A stretch of 64,000 nt of DNA from Porphyridium purpureum (taxonomy: Eukaryota). Made by a program: the position numbers and the translations under genes. The stretch covers positions 496,001 to 560,000 of the forward strand of contig VRMN01000008.1 in assembly GCA_008690995.1 (NCBI GenBank). The letters run 5' to 3'. Of the stretch, positions 20,488 to 31,996 are shown one piece after another (the stretch's first letter is position 1; the number at the start of each line of letters is the position of its first letter). The notes under the pieces are model-generated. The model worked only from the letters and a program-made list of their open reading frames with translations, was not told the DNA's origin and ran no database searches.

Positions 20488-21399
20488 TTAGATTTTCTTG
20501 ATTCGCATCTCGCCCTGCCGCGCGGCAAGATCCGCTAAAGGAAGGTTCAGCGACCAAACAGACGCATGCGCGGCTTCCAGCTGCGCGCGCGGAAAGCTGT
20601 GCACGCTCAAGTCATTAAACATGTACTGGAGCTGCACTTCGACATGGAACGCGAGGTGGTGCACTGACAAGGGCAGCTCCTTCACCAGCTCGTTGTTCAC
20701 ACATGTCTCAACGTAAGACGCGTCCGGCTTGTCATCTTGGCGGCGAAACTCGTACTGCTCGGCGTACATGCGGAAGCTGTTCCCAAGCACAATAAGTTGG
20801 GTGAGTTCCGCCTTACTAGACCAATTTGCGTGGAGCACATTGTGGTACAACGTGCGTCCGCAATGCGGCATGTACATGAATAAAGGCGCGTCTTGACTAG
20901 CTGCAAAGCACGTGGTGTCCTGCGACGACACTTCGCGTTGCTCATACATGGGGAAATTGACACGCAGAAACTCGCGGTCCAAGGCAGACATGACTGGGTC
21001 AAAGATCTGAACCGCCACGCCTTGCCCGCTGTCACCGGCAAAAAACTCGTGCAGATGCTCACTCGCAAGTAAGAGACGAAGCAGCGCCAGCTGGTAACGA
21101 GCATTAGCTGACGCCTCGAAACTACCCAGACCCAGGGCAACTACCTTACTAAACCGGCGCGGCACGTCCGACGAACACGTAAGTGCGAGGCGCACCTGCT
21201 GGATCACAAACGTCGTCCATGCACTCTCTAGCATGTTCCTCTCGCATACCGCCACTTGCTCCGTGAGCCGGTCCATGGCCAGCTGCGAATCATCTGTTCC
21301 TGATGCACTGACCACAGAAGCACACAAGTCCTGGCGCTCATGCGGAACACCACGCCGTGAGCGGCGCTTGCTCACATATTGCCATTCGCCGTTACTCAT
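20488..21399 (-). CDS. SRR1: SRR1/Ber1 family protein
   Basis: W..V N-terminus, LGLGSF, ARYQLALL, FDPV, YMPHC..LY..L.ANWS, LGNSF, FNDLSVHSF. Confidence 0.92.
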   Translation of the reverse strand: MSNGEWQYVSKRRSRRGVPHERQDLCASVVSASGTDDSQLAMDRLTEQVAVCERNMLESAWTTFVIQQVRLALTCSSDVPRRFSKVVALGLGSFEASANARYQLALLRLLLASEHLHEFFAGDSGQGVAVQIFDPVMSALDREFLRVNFPMYEQREVSSQDTTCFAASQDAPLFMYMPHCGRTLYHNVLHANWSSKAELTQLIVLGNSFRMYAEQYEFRRQDDKPDASYVETCVNNELVKELPLSVHHLAFHVEVQLQYMFNDLSVHSFPRAQLEAAHASVWSLNLPLADLAARQGEMRIKKI

Positions 21400-24300
21400 C
21401 GTTCAGACCGAGAGATACTCACGCCCTTATAGTCTCTGTTCTCCTCAAGTAGAGCCTCATGCTTCAATCGCCGAACAGGTTTCGTAGAGTTTTCTCACCT
21501 GATTCGCAAACTTTCAAACAGAAGCGCGCGCGCTGATCCTGTCCGCACGAGCTACTCGACCACGCTCCGGACGCCTCGGTCTCGACACGCTCTCCTGTTG
21601 AAACTTTATCTGAACGCAAGGTCGCGCTCGCGAACAAATGGTGCCACGCTCAAGGACCGACCGTGTGGCGGTCTACTTGTTTGAGTAGGGTTTTGCCTGC
21701 CATGGGCGCCGGCGAGCGTTAGCAAGATGAGTGCGTGGCAGCGGTGATCGAAAGTGAAGCGGGCCGGCGCTCACGTCTTCTGTACGTGTTGCAATTATAT
21801 CAGGCTGCGTCCCGGAAGATATCTTCTGGAATCGTCCGAGAGAACCAAGGGGCCGACGACCGTCTGGTCGTGGGCGCCGCAGTGGTCTGCTGAAGAGTGG
21901 CTATAGCTCTCTGTCACCCTTATGACGGATCCTATTCTAGCTTCGTTCGCACACGTTTATCCTTTCCGCCTTCTACCTTAGCTTTACGACCTGCCCTCGA
22001 CAGCGTGACGCGTCAAGCCCGCACGCTTAAATATCTATCACTAGACGTCTGGTGCTGGGCTATTTTCAGGGTTCTCAAAAACCTTGGGAAGGTTTATGAC
22101 GAGACGGGCACACTCCTATTCCGAGCCCGCAACGTGGAATTTGGTTTGACGCATTCGCAAAGCAGCGAACGTGAAGAACGGTGGCTAGAGCTTTTCGACG
22201 GCCTTGCAGCTGCGCATAGCCAAGGTCTGTCAGTTTACACAACGCGCCGCTCTTCCATGGTGGAGACGTGGTGATCCTCCAGCGATTCGTTCTTGTCTGT
22301 ACGTTTTATCTAACGGACGCTGAACGATGTCGAGCTGTATGTCGGTGATGTATGACCACCAACATCTGTATCGACAAGCATCTCAATATGGCGACATTGA
22401 GCTGCAAAGTCCGCCTTTCCTGTGTCCATGTCGATGGTGTCATACAGAATGAGCTCAATGACCCAGTCGCTAGCGAAATATCTTTGCAGATTCCGGCGCG
22501 ACAAGCCTGGCGTTTCTGTCAGGCGCGCACTCTGTTTTGATCTTGTCGGCTCGCCGTTGAAGCTTGCTGTTGATAAAATAGAGCCCTCAGTATCTAGAAA
22601 ACCGTGTCTGTGCCTAATACTCATGCTCAAGTTCACATCGGGAAAGACGAAGCACGTCGAGCGCGCAGACCAGTCTCGACAAACGCCGCATCGCCGCTCG
22701 AACTCGGTGCTGACGTGCCCAATCTTTACATTTACCATTGAAAGAGGTGAGCGCTTGCTACAAGGGGACTATTCCAAGCCACACCAAAACCACCCAAGCA
22801 AACCCACAAAAGTGAATTCTTGTCAACGGTGTCGCCTGTACATCTCTGCAATACACTCAGATTCACCCTAGTTCCGTGGCTTCAGACAACGACTCCATCG
22901 CTGCAACCGCTCCTGTCCTTTGCTGCACACTGCACGACGACACGTCTTCAAACGCAACGAATGACGACAGACAGTGTGCACACGGCACAGCAGAAATGGC
23001 AGCATTCACATTCGTAAAATGCGAGGCATCTTGGGCACTGGACACGTGTCTAGCAATCCAGAAGACCTTGCACATGCCGGGCCGGCGCTGCGTCGTCTGT
23101 CTTCTATGAGCAGACACGGTAATAAAGGGACCGCTGTTTTCGACGTCAGCCAAGCTCGACCGCGCCAGCTAGAGAGCGCAGACGATACAGAGCAGACGAC
23201 AACGCGTTTTCACGATGTATGACTGAGCGCCCTGCATTGATCAACAGAGTTCGAGTGCGCGACCCTAGCCTTTGTAGGATCGCAGAAATCACTTCTCACG
23301 CGACGCCGTCTTTCTCGACACACGAAACGCGGATACGCTCGCAAAATTCGAATCGTGCTTCGACTTCGTCACCAAACACGCAGTTCACGTCGAACACGCG
23401 TCCTTGCGTGGCCGCGAGAGGGCTCAAAGTTTGTACTTGGCGGCACCCGACGACAGCATGCTGTTGCCTGGCGGCAGTGTTCGCGGTGTGCAGAAAGGGA
23501 GACCGGAAGGACGTAGCAAGTAGATGAAGACCGCTGGCAGAGCTCTGCATAGTGCTACCCTATTTTGCCCGGTACACACACAGTCTCCTAGCTTGCATGA
23601 CCTGGGCAGCATCCCGGTTCTTGGCTCCAAGCTCGTGCTTGAATAAATGTGCCCGCGCTGCGATGTGGCCAACCGCAGAAGGTGGCGCTCATCCGTGCCG
23701 CGTGCGCCACCCATTGGCACTGCGCGTGGCCATTGACACACACGCCGGCGCGGCTCGCCGTCCCGTGCGATTCATTCATTGTCCTGGGACACTCAACGCG
23801 CGCGTACCGAGCAGGCAGTTGTACTTTGACGCTGCCGTGCTGCTGACCCCCCCAAAAGTCAGTCAGCCTGGCGCTCGGTAAGCGCTGAGTGGTATCTATT
23901 CCAGACAAGAAGCGCAACCTGCCCGAACAACTCACAGGAGTTTCTCACTCACCGAATATTATCCAAAAGCAGCGCTGCCGGAGACGTTCTTGTTGCAGAC
24001 TCAAATCACCAACACGACGAGGTCTGTGCCATTCCATCCTTCCTTGGCCGCACGCCAAGAGGAGACCACATTCTGTCGAGCTACAAAGTAACAACCCGCA
24101 AGACCACAGGACCACAACACGCGACTGGCGATGGCCACACGACCGCCAACGCTCTCCACCTCGCGCATTCATCACCCCGCATTCCAACCCCTCACACTGC
24201 CCATTCCCCGCGCGGCATCCCAGCTCCTGCCTTGCACTTCCACGCCACACGCGTTTAAATCTAGTCCGAGAAGATGATTACCACTGTACCACAAGTACAG

Positions 24301-25195
24301 TGTATCTTTCCATGACCTGTAAAATGCCAGTTTGACTAGAGGAGGCCGAAAGCGGTTCAACGGAGAGAACCGATGAGCGGCGGGTTTTGTGGTGTTCCTC
24401 GTGTATGAGTGCGGTGGTGGTTTGATTGTCGCGGGGGCTTACCGCGCGCCACACGCCGTGGGACGATGGCGGCTTATTTCTATGTCCAGAACGCGGGTGT
24501 TTTGATAGCAAGGTGCGCGCGTGGGTACGGTAGGGTTCGGGTTGGTCTATGGAATGAGGGTGGGGAAAGGAAGAAGGAAGCTTACTCGAGTAGTTCAGTT
24601 GCGGGAGGAGAAGAAGGGGCGGGGGGCGACGATGAGAGAAGATGATTGACATGTGCGACTGTGGTGGGGTGGGAGGGGGAACGGAGGGAGGGGGTGGGGA
24701 AGGCGGCTGTGGGTGTGGGGTTGGGCACGGTGCGCTGCGTGACGCTGGTGGGTGTGGTGGGTGGCGGGTCTGCGTGTGGATGGGAGGGCTGGGCTGGGAA
24801 GCGGGGGGGATTTGAGGGAGCGGGCGTGGGTCGCGTGGAGACGGGGAAGAAGGAGCACCGGTGAGCAGCGTGGCGGCGTCGTGGTGAGGGAAGTCGCATG
24901 TGCAGCGGCGAGCGCGGCGGGGGTGCAGAACGCGCGTGAGTGGGTGGGGAACGAAAGGAGGTGTCGTGGCGTGGTTGTGCTGCACGGTAACAGAGGGTTG
25001 GACCTCGGGGTTGGACCTCGTGGTTGGTGGCGTTTGTCTGTGGGTTTCTATGACCCGGTAGGCTGTGGCAGAGCCGGAAAGAGCAAATCAGGTCAGCAGT
25101 TGCGCAGGCAAATTGTCTCCGTGTTACGAAGGGTACTTTTTTCGGGATTGAGTGCGAGCGTCGCCGTGGCTTATTCGCTGATGGGGGTTCGTGCA

Positions 25196-25891
25196 ATGCA
25201 CGCGGACGACGAGCTCATGCAAGCCGTGCTGTGTGCTCTGGTAGAGGCGCGCATCGCTGATACAGAGGAAGGGTACCGGTCACGGACTCAAGGACCTGGC
25301 AGTGGCGCGCGGCAAGAGTACGCCACCTTGTTTCATGCCGCGACGCCGCCCCCGATCTCGCCTGTCGAATACATGCACCGCGTATTCAAGTACGCCTTCT
25401 GCTCCAGCTCATGCTTCATCGCTGCGCTCGCGTATCTCGAGCGAATACGGCGCCACAACGCTAGCTTGCGTCTCTCGAACACGAATTTTCACCGCCTGTG
25501 GATCACTTCCGTGATGCTGGCGGCCAAGTTCTTCGATGATGTCTACTACGAAAACACATATTACAGTCGAGTCGGGGGAATCTCGCTCGATGAGATGAAC
25601 GCGCTCGAGCTTGAATTTCTGCGCACGCTCAACTTTGAGCTGTTCATTCAACCCGAGGAATTCAGCCAATTTGAAAACGAGCTCATCGGTGAAACGCTAG
25701 AACGTCGCGCGCTCTGCTGCGTACCCGCGCGTGAGATGCTCGCCCGCAAGGGTTTTCATAGCCACGTCAAGGCGCAGCGCATGTTGAATGGAATGAACGG
25801 CGCCCATGCACCTCAAGCGCTCGTTCCGGCCAGCGCAGGTGCGCAGCCCCAGGCGCAGCCTCAAAACGTAGCGTGGATGTTGCCATCATGA
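25196..25891 (+). CDS. P/U-type cyclin (PHO80-like)
   Basis: FHAATPPPIS...YMHRVFKYAFCSSSCFIAALAYLERI, NFHRLWITSVMLAAKFFDDVYYENTYYSRVGG, EMNALELEFL. Start at 25181 or 25196. Confidence 0.93.
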   Translation: MHADDELMQAVLCALVEARIADTEEGYRSRTQGPGSGARQEYATLFHAATPPPISPVEYMHRVFKYAFCSSSCFIAALAYLERIRRHNASLRLSNTNFHRLWITSVMLAAKFFDDVYYENTYYSRVGGISLDEMNALELEFLRTLNFELFIQPEEFSQFENELIGETLERRALCCVPAREMLARKGFHSHVKAQRMLNGMNGAHAPQALVPASAGAQPQAQPQNVAWMLPS

Positions 25892-25952
25892 GCCTTTGGT
25901 AGTGTATCAGTACTAAATATGTATCTAATATCCAGGCGAGAGTGTCTATGCC

Positions 25953-27236
25953 CTACGCGACGCCATACTGATCACGCACACCGAGCGCCTTGAGCACGGC
26001 GTTCTGCAGCGCCTGCGTCTCGAAGAGGATGCCCCCAACATGACCCGTGGGAAGCACTTGGATTTCGGCGTGCGGCCAGCGGTCTTTCCAGATACGCACC
26101 GAGTCGGCCGCAATGTACGCGTCCGAGTCACCAAACAGCAGCACTGCCTGGTCATGACGCTCGCAATTCGGAAAGAAGCGGATGTCTGTCATGCGGAGCA
26201 GAGCAGCAAGCTGGTGCCACTGCGTGCCGCGCTCACCGTCACCATTGCCGGCGCGGCCGTGCGCCCGCTTGCCCAGCGGAAACTCATGCCTCTGCAGTGC
26301 GTGCCAGTCCACCTGCCGTCCGAGCACGCCATCCGTAAAGACAAACTCGGCAGAGTGGGGTGCAAACGCAAGCACCGTCTTAACGGGCTCGCGGACTAGC
26401 GATGCCACCATGGCCGCATGCAGGCCGCCTTGAGAATAGCCGGCCAAGCAAACGTCGCGCCCTTGCTTGCACTGCAGCCAGTGCAGGATGCTCATGGTCT
26501 CTAGAATCTGGGCAAAGCCTAGCACGAACAGGTCCGCCACCTGACGCAAGCGTGCACCGACTTGGCTGCATGGCTTGCGTGCGCCGTAGTACGGGCTTTC
26601 GACCAGAACCGACGCGACGCCTCGGCGCGCCAGGGGCATCGCGACGTTGTGGAGCCTGCGCATGTACGAATGGTCGCCTGTGCCGGCCAGAACACACACC
26701 ACGGGTACCGAGACTTCTTCTAGGGGAGCGTGCGACGCAGAGCGCGGCGCCACCAGCAAGAAACGCGCCGTCCTGCTCTCCTCGGGCAGAATTCCGGGCA
26801 CCAGCAGCTCACTGGGCGACTGAAACGTGCCTTCATACGCAGTCCAGTTCTGAGCGCGCAAGCGGTGCATGTGGAGGCGGTACCTAAGTGAGCGCATAAA
26901 GAGCTCGTTCAGCTCAATATCGGCCGCCTGCTGTCGGGTCGCCGCGCGCAACTCGTCCAAGCCAAACGTATACCCAGAACCAGCGGGGCCCGCGCCGTCG
27001 CGTGCAAGCAGGTGCTCTTCGCCCCTTGGAAGATGTTCCGGGTGCGTAGCCCCACTCAACACACGCGTCAGCTCAGCTGCCAGCGCGACGCGGCCCCAGC
27101 CGTCCTCGAAAAACCGTAGGCGGCCAAAGAGCGAACACAGCACGCCCGCGTACTGGTCGACGTGGCGCGGCCAGTCGGTGCGCAGACTTATCGCGCGGCG
27201 TACCAAAGCGCGCAAGGACTCTGCGCGCGGTAGCAT
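25953..27236 (-). CDS. ABHD18: ABHD18 (DUF2048) alpha/beta hydrolase
   Basis: FFEDGWG, EGTFQSP, LAGTGDH...RR, ESPYYGARKP, nucleophile elbow GYSQGG, D.YI, GHV. Start inferred at MLPRAES (27236). Confidence 0.88.
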   Translation of the reverse strand: MLPRAESLRALVRRAISLRTDWPRHVDQYAGVLCSLFGRLRFFEDGWGRVALAAELTRVLSGATHPEHLPRGEEHLLARDGAGPAGSGYTFGLDELRAATRQQAADIELNELFMRSLRYRLHMHRLRAQNWTAYEGTFQSPSELLVPGILPEESRTARFLLVAPRSASHAPLEEVSVPVVCVLAGTGDHSYMRRLHNVAMPLARRGVASVLVESPYYGARKPCSQVGARLRQVADLFVLGFAQILETMSILHWLQCKQGRDVCLAGYSQGGLHAAMVASLVREPVKTVLAFAPHSAEFVFTDGVLGRQVDWHALQRHEFPLGKRAHGRAGNGDGERGTQWHQLAALLRMTDIRFFPNCERHDQAVLLFGDSDAYIAADSVRIWKDRWPHAEIQVLPTGHVGGILFETQALQNAVLKALGVRDQYGVA

Positions 27237-27635
27237 CTCGCTCGGTGGCCCATTACAAGGCCATTCTTTGGAACGCAGTTGCCGACACTCGTCTCTTCCG
27301 CTCTCTCGGCACGCACATGTGTGTGTGTGTGTCCCTATCTCATCCGGCCTCGCGCCAGATGTCGCATGTCTTTCTATTAAAACAGACCGCTTTACCACGA
27401 GCTGACGGATTTTCGAAAATCGCATGCAAATCGACGAATTGAGGGAGATGACGGCGAGGACGCATGGGACGAAAGAAGTCGGAGTATCTTTGACCATAGA
27501 TGCGCGACACGCGCGCGCGATTTTTATCGACGGGCGATCGTTCGAGAACGGATACCACAACATTTACACTGACAAGGGCGCTTTTTTTGTTTCTTTTCCC
27601 TGGGCGAGATGGGACATAAGTTGAATTATCACAAG

Positions 27636-28013
27636 TTACACCTTGGTCTCGCCCGACGCGACGAGGTTGTGGTCCTTTTCGTACTGCATGTATTCCTTGA
27701 TGAAACCCTGGTAGGCGGCCAGGCAGCTCAGCGAGCCGACGACGGCAGCCTGCATGTACAACCTGGCATGCATGAGCTGGTTGGGCAGGGCGCCCTTACC
27801 GCGATTGAACCACACCATTGCGCTGCCGGTCACCACAATGAAAGCCAGACCGTACCCGAGCGACCTATTCGAGCTTGCCTTCTTGGCAGCATCTGCGCTT
27901 ACCAAGTCCACAAAGTGCTCATCCTCAACCACCTCCAACGTGGGCTGTCGCACAGGCGCGTCTGCGCAGTGCACCACGCGCGGGTGGAACAAGGCGTGTG
28001 CCAATCTCTGCAT
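27636..28013 (-). CDS. HIG1 (hypoxia-induced gene) domain membrane protein
   Basis: Two hydrophobic helices flanking NQLMHARLYMQAAVV, similar to the HIG1 H.R...Q motif. Confidence 0.75.
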   Translation of the reverse strand: MQRLAHALFHPRVVHCADAPVRQPTLEVVEDEHFVDLVSADAAKKASSNRSLGYGLAFIVVTGSAMVWFNRGKGALPNQLMHARLYMQAAVVGSLSCLAAYQGFIKEYMQYEKDHNLVASGETKV

Positions 28014-28793
28014 TGTCACTCTACCTGCACCTCAAAATTTTCCCCAACACACAAAAAAAAAACACACACACACACACACACAAAACCTTCTTCAAACCTC
28101 ACACGCCACCTATCGCTCGACTCGTGCTCTTCCAATCCTGCCGCTTACCTTGCCCTCAATCCACGTCTACCGTATATCTTTCTTCCTGGATCACCTTTGT
28201 CACCTGTCGTCACACGCCGCACTACTGTAGGACTCCGTGCGTGCTTCTTATAGCTCCTTCCCGGCTACACGTCCACTGGCGCTGGCGCTCGCACGTCTCT
28301 CCTCAATGTGCCGCAGCTGCAACACCCAACCCACCGACACACATACACACACACGCACACACTCCGCTTTTTCTCCCGTCCGATTCCGCACGCACGCACG
28401 TGTAACCACCCGACAAAACGCACACTTCCAACTCAGAGACAGCAACTGTACCCCATCCTTTTTGGTAGTGTACAGTGCACCAGAATGATTTAGAGAAACC
28501 GCATCGTTGTTGCGTGCTGGGCACCGTTCGCGCCGCGCGGTCGTTGTGACCGGCCTTGCCCAAAGACAAAGGTTACTACACCAGAATATAACATGTATAA
28601 CCTTTTCCCGTTGGCAGTGGCGCTGGCGCTGACACTGGCGTGCATTCTTCTGTGCCGATAGCCGCAGGAGTGATCATACTAACGCATGCTCGACGTCGAG
28701 TGTCTCGCGCAGCTGATGTGTCGACGCAAAGTCGCTTCTTGCGCGCTGGTCAACAGCGAGCAGCGCCAGTCGCACTCATCAGCGCAGGCTTCT

Positions 28794-28817
28794 AGCCGGT
28801 AAGCCGGTAAGCCGGTA
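28794..28817 (+). repeat. Three tandem copies of AGCCGGTA
   Basis: agccggta agccggta agccggta read directly in the divergent HIG1/J-protein intergenic region. Confidence 0.85.
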
Positions 28818-28987
28818 AGCCCGCTTACGAACAAATACAGTGAGGTACAGTGTCTGCGAATTGGTCGAATACGGGTGTACAGTGATTTGCGCGAGGCGTG
28901 CGAGCGGAGGCGGATGTGAGGTTGCCGGATGGTGGGGGACGTAGAAGGAGATATGCGGCGGAGTGGACAGGATGTGATTGGTATGCG

Positions 28988-29983
28988 ATGGGCTTTTCGT
29001 CGTTCTGTCAAGTGTGCGCAATGCCCTTGTCGCATATCACGCTGCTGAGGACAAGTGAGGACAATATGTTTCGGATATATCGAGCGGGTGAGAGCAATGT
29101 GGGGTCAGAGTGGCTGCAGAACATGCCTGTGGCATTTGGACCGCAGCATGCGTGGTTGGAGCAGGTCGTCGCGATTGGACGTGGCAGTGGTGGAAGTGGT
29201 GATGCTGGTGCGCATGCGCAGGAGAGCCCGATTGTGCGTGGTAGAGTGGATGACGGCGACTTGGAAGATGCGGCTGGACAGTGCGTGGACGTAGAAATCG
29301 GGTTGGGCCCCGAGTATGCCGCCATCCATGAGCGCTGCTGGCTGCTGGCTGGCGGAACATATGCGACGTTCAGCGGACCCCAAGGCATTGAAACGATTGT
29401 GCGCACACCAGAGTACAAGCATCTGGAGAATACGTACCATGAACAGTACTTTGCGTTTGAGACCATGGTGGAACGCGGTGAGGATTGGATGCTTATCGAC
29501 CCTCAGCTGGCTTCAACTGGTGAGATATTCCAGCAAGAGGCCCAGCGCAACCGGGCGCGCATTCAGGCGCTCATAGAAGCGGGTCGCACGTATCTGCCGA
29601 GCCGTCGCGAGGTCAACGACAACGCTCACGATACCTTGAGCAAAGCTACGTCTCGCCGCACACTTGAGGAGCGCGAGCAGGAAGAAGAGGCGCTCAATTT
29701 CGGCCTACCGCCCGAATTCTCAAATACGTACTTGTATGGCCTACTCGACATTCCGCGCGACGCGCAGCCGGCAGACATCAAGCGCGCGTTTCTCTTGCGG
29801 CGCAAAGCGATGCACCCAAACGCGGTCGGTGGCGGCCATCCAGAACAGTGGGAACGCGTTCAACAGGCGTATCGTATTCTGTCTGACCCGAACTATCGCG
29901 CAGAGTACGACGCGAGCGACATGATGAATGTCGAGCACAAAAAGCGATTCGCTCACGGCGTGTGGAAGTCGTCGTTTTATTGA
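28988..29983 (+). CDS. Protein with an unknown N-terminal Cys/His domain and a C-terminal J-like domain (HPN)
   Basis: YLYGLLDIPRDAQPADIKRAF....AMHPN....WERVQQAYRILSDPNYRAEYD; N-terminal CQVC and HERCW. Confidence 0.8.
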   Translation: MGFSSFCQVCAMPLSHITLLRTSEDNMFRIYRAGESNVGSEWLQNMPVAFGPQHAWLEQVVAIGRGSGGSGDAGAHAQESPIVRGRVDDGDLEDAAGQCVDVEIGLGPEYAAIHERCWLLAGGTYATFSGPQGIETIVRTPEYKHLENTYHEQYFAFETMVERGEDWMLIDPQLASTGEIFQQEAQRNRARIQALIEAGRTYLPSRREVNDNAHDTLSKATSRRTLEEREQEEEALNFGLPPEFSNTYLYGLLDIPRDAQPADIKRAFLLRRKAMHPNAVGGGHPEQWERVQQAYRILSDPNYRAEYDASDMMNVEHKKRFAHGVWKSSFY

Positions 29984-30456
29984 CAACAAGCTGGGTACAT
30001 CTCACTTTGCAGTGGTCAACAGTCAGGAGCCCACTTGGCTCTCTGACCATGCATCTTACAAGACGTACCTTTTGGTTCTGCAATCAGAGCCTGTATGCCA
30101 AGCCATTTTCTCGCCTACACAAACGAATGAAACTGTCTTGAGCACGGCAAGTGGCAGGCAGATTCAAGGCCTGTTCTCGCTCCAAACGAACAGGCACCTC
30201 GTCCTTGCTTTCCACGCTCAAATGGCACGCGGCGAAGCACGAATCACGTCAGTACAGAAATTGGAGGCCCGTTCACGTGCGTCGCGAGCATCTGCATCAC
30301 AATTGGAATACACACGAGCAATGAAACCCGCGCGACATAATCCCGGTCTCTGCAATGCCGGCGATGCCCATGCAACAATTTCGCCTGTTCCGCCTTTGCC
30401 TGATACAGCTAGAGAAGCCACAACTCGTAGCAAAGATATTGGATTGTAGCAGTGTA

Positions 30457-31614
30457 ATGAGTGCTACGACGCGAATGGCGGACCCTCCGCCTCCACCAGA
30501 GTGGCTTGTACGACGTCTGCGCTCTGCGCAATGCTCGGCACGCGCGCGCGCCGGCGCGCAAGCTGAACCGCAGGAGTCCGCTGGGTGTGACAAGGAGCCC
30601 AACGCGAATAGCATTGGCGGCGAGCAAACTTGTGTCAGTAGTGTGGATGACGAGGATGCGCTTGCCGCGCAAGCGAACGAGTGGAATCTCGCACGGCGTG
30701 CAGCAGCGGCTGCTGCTGCTGCTTTGCGGCCGGACGTGCAACACGTGGATGATGTGCAGTCTGTCGTTTCAACGTATGCGTACGATCCAAAGGAGAAGCT
30801 TGTGCGTCGCGCCCAGCATCACGGCACACTTCGGCGGCGAGACGAAGGCGCAAGGTCAAGACGCGAGAATGTGAGTCGCGAGTTCCGGACGGGGAGCAGC
30901 CAGGAGTTAGGGATGATGGTATCTGAATTTCGAGACGCCTGGTTCGAACACGACGCGCAGAGTAAAACTGGCAATGGAGGGTCGCATGGCTACCACAGAG
31001 TTAGACCCTCAGTGCAGCGCTCTGCATTGGAGGCGATTGAAGACGACTCATCGTGGTTGGAGCCGCATGCACCGCAGTACTCACGCGGTGCAACATTCCC
31101 TGAGCTGCGCACCCTGACTCTGTTTTATCCACGCCACGCTCGTCACTTGCACTTGGACCCTCCAGATCCTCCCATGACACCACCGGACGTGACGGATCAG
31201 GTGCGAGCAGAATTTGAGCAGATGAAGGAACACCTGTTCCGCCGAAACTCACGCATGCGACGTGAGGTGGATTACGTCAGTGACGCTGAATGGGCACGCG
31301 CAGATCGATTCCTGCATGCGCAGGCGTTTCTTTGTGCGTACTTCATGGGTGAGCTCAAGTACGCCCGAAAGGATGACCTCAAGCCACCCTTGGGAATTAT
31401 GGAAAAGGAAGAAGCGCAAGCGGAACGCACAAGAAAAAAACAGAAGAGTGCCGCAGACGAGGACTCGGATGCGTCGTCGTCGTCATCGTCCGACGCGGAT
31501 TCATTTGATGCGGAAGAGATGGACGGCATGCTTCGCAGTATGATGGAATTGCTGAGCTCGGGCAGAGTTCGCGTGCAGATAAACCAGAATGGAGAAGGGA
31601 GCCGCGACTCATGA
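30457..31614 (+). CDS. Hypothetical protein
   Basis: Long ORF with protein-like composition and an acidic Ser-rich tail; no recognised domain; start uncertain (30355/30457/30475). Confidence 0.6.
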   Translation: MSATTRMADPPPPPEWLVRRLRSAQCSARARAGAQAEPQESAGCDKEPNANSIGGEQTCVSSVDDEDALAAQANEWNLARRAAAAAAAALRPDVQHVDDVQSVVSTYAYDPKEKLVRRAQHHGTLRRRDEGARSRRENVSREFRTGSSQELGMMVSEFRDAWFEHDAQSKTGNGGSHGYHRVRPSVQRSALEAIEDDSSWLEPHAPQYSRGATFPELRTLTLFYPRHARHLHLDPPDPPMTPPDVTDQVRAEFEQMKEHLFRRNSRMRREVDYVSDAEWARADRFLHAQAFLCAYFMGELKYARKDDLKPPLGIMEKEEAQAERTRKKQKSAADEDSDASSSSSSDADSFDAEEMDGMLRSMMELLSSGRVRVQINQNGEGSRDS

Positions 31615-31996
31615 CGCATGCGCACTGGGAACGTACCGCCACGTCATGATGGTCAGGAGTGGGCGAATCGAGCTCTTCCGCTGGGTTTCTGGTCCATCGC
31701 AATCTAGGAACTAGCCACGGCAAAGTGAAGGATTGTATTTTTGTGGATCGGGGATGTGGCACAGTGGTCGGAGCTGTCTTCTTGCTCTCGTGTCACTGAG
31801 GCACCGGGCGTTCCCTCAGGCTCCTATCGGAACCCTGCGCTGCGTTGGATCGAGCCGACACACAGGCCTTCTCGCTAGCACTCTGTCTGGGAATACGCGC
31901 CTGCCAGTGTGCACACTTGCTGTTTCGGTCTTTCGCTCACACTCTGTGTGAAGAGCACGCAGCGGCCGGCGAGCATGTCACACACTGCACTGCGTC

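Noticed and set aside
20488..21399. SRR1 as evidence for phytochrome signalling
   Set aside because: SRR1/Ber1 is found across eukaryotes, including fungi and animals, so it implies nothing about light signalling.
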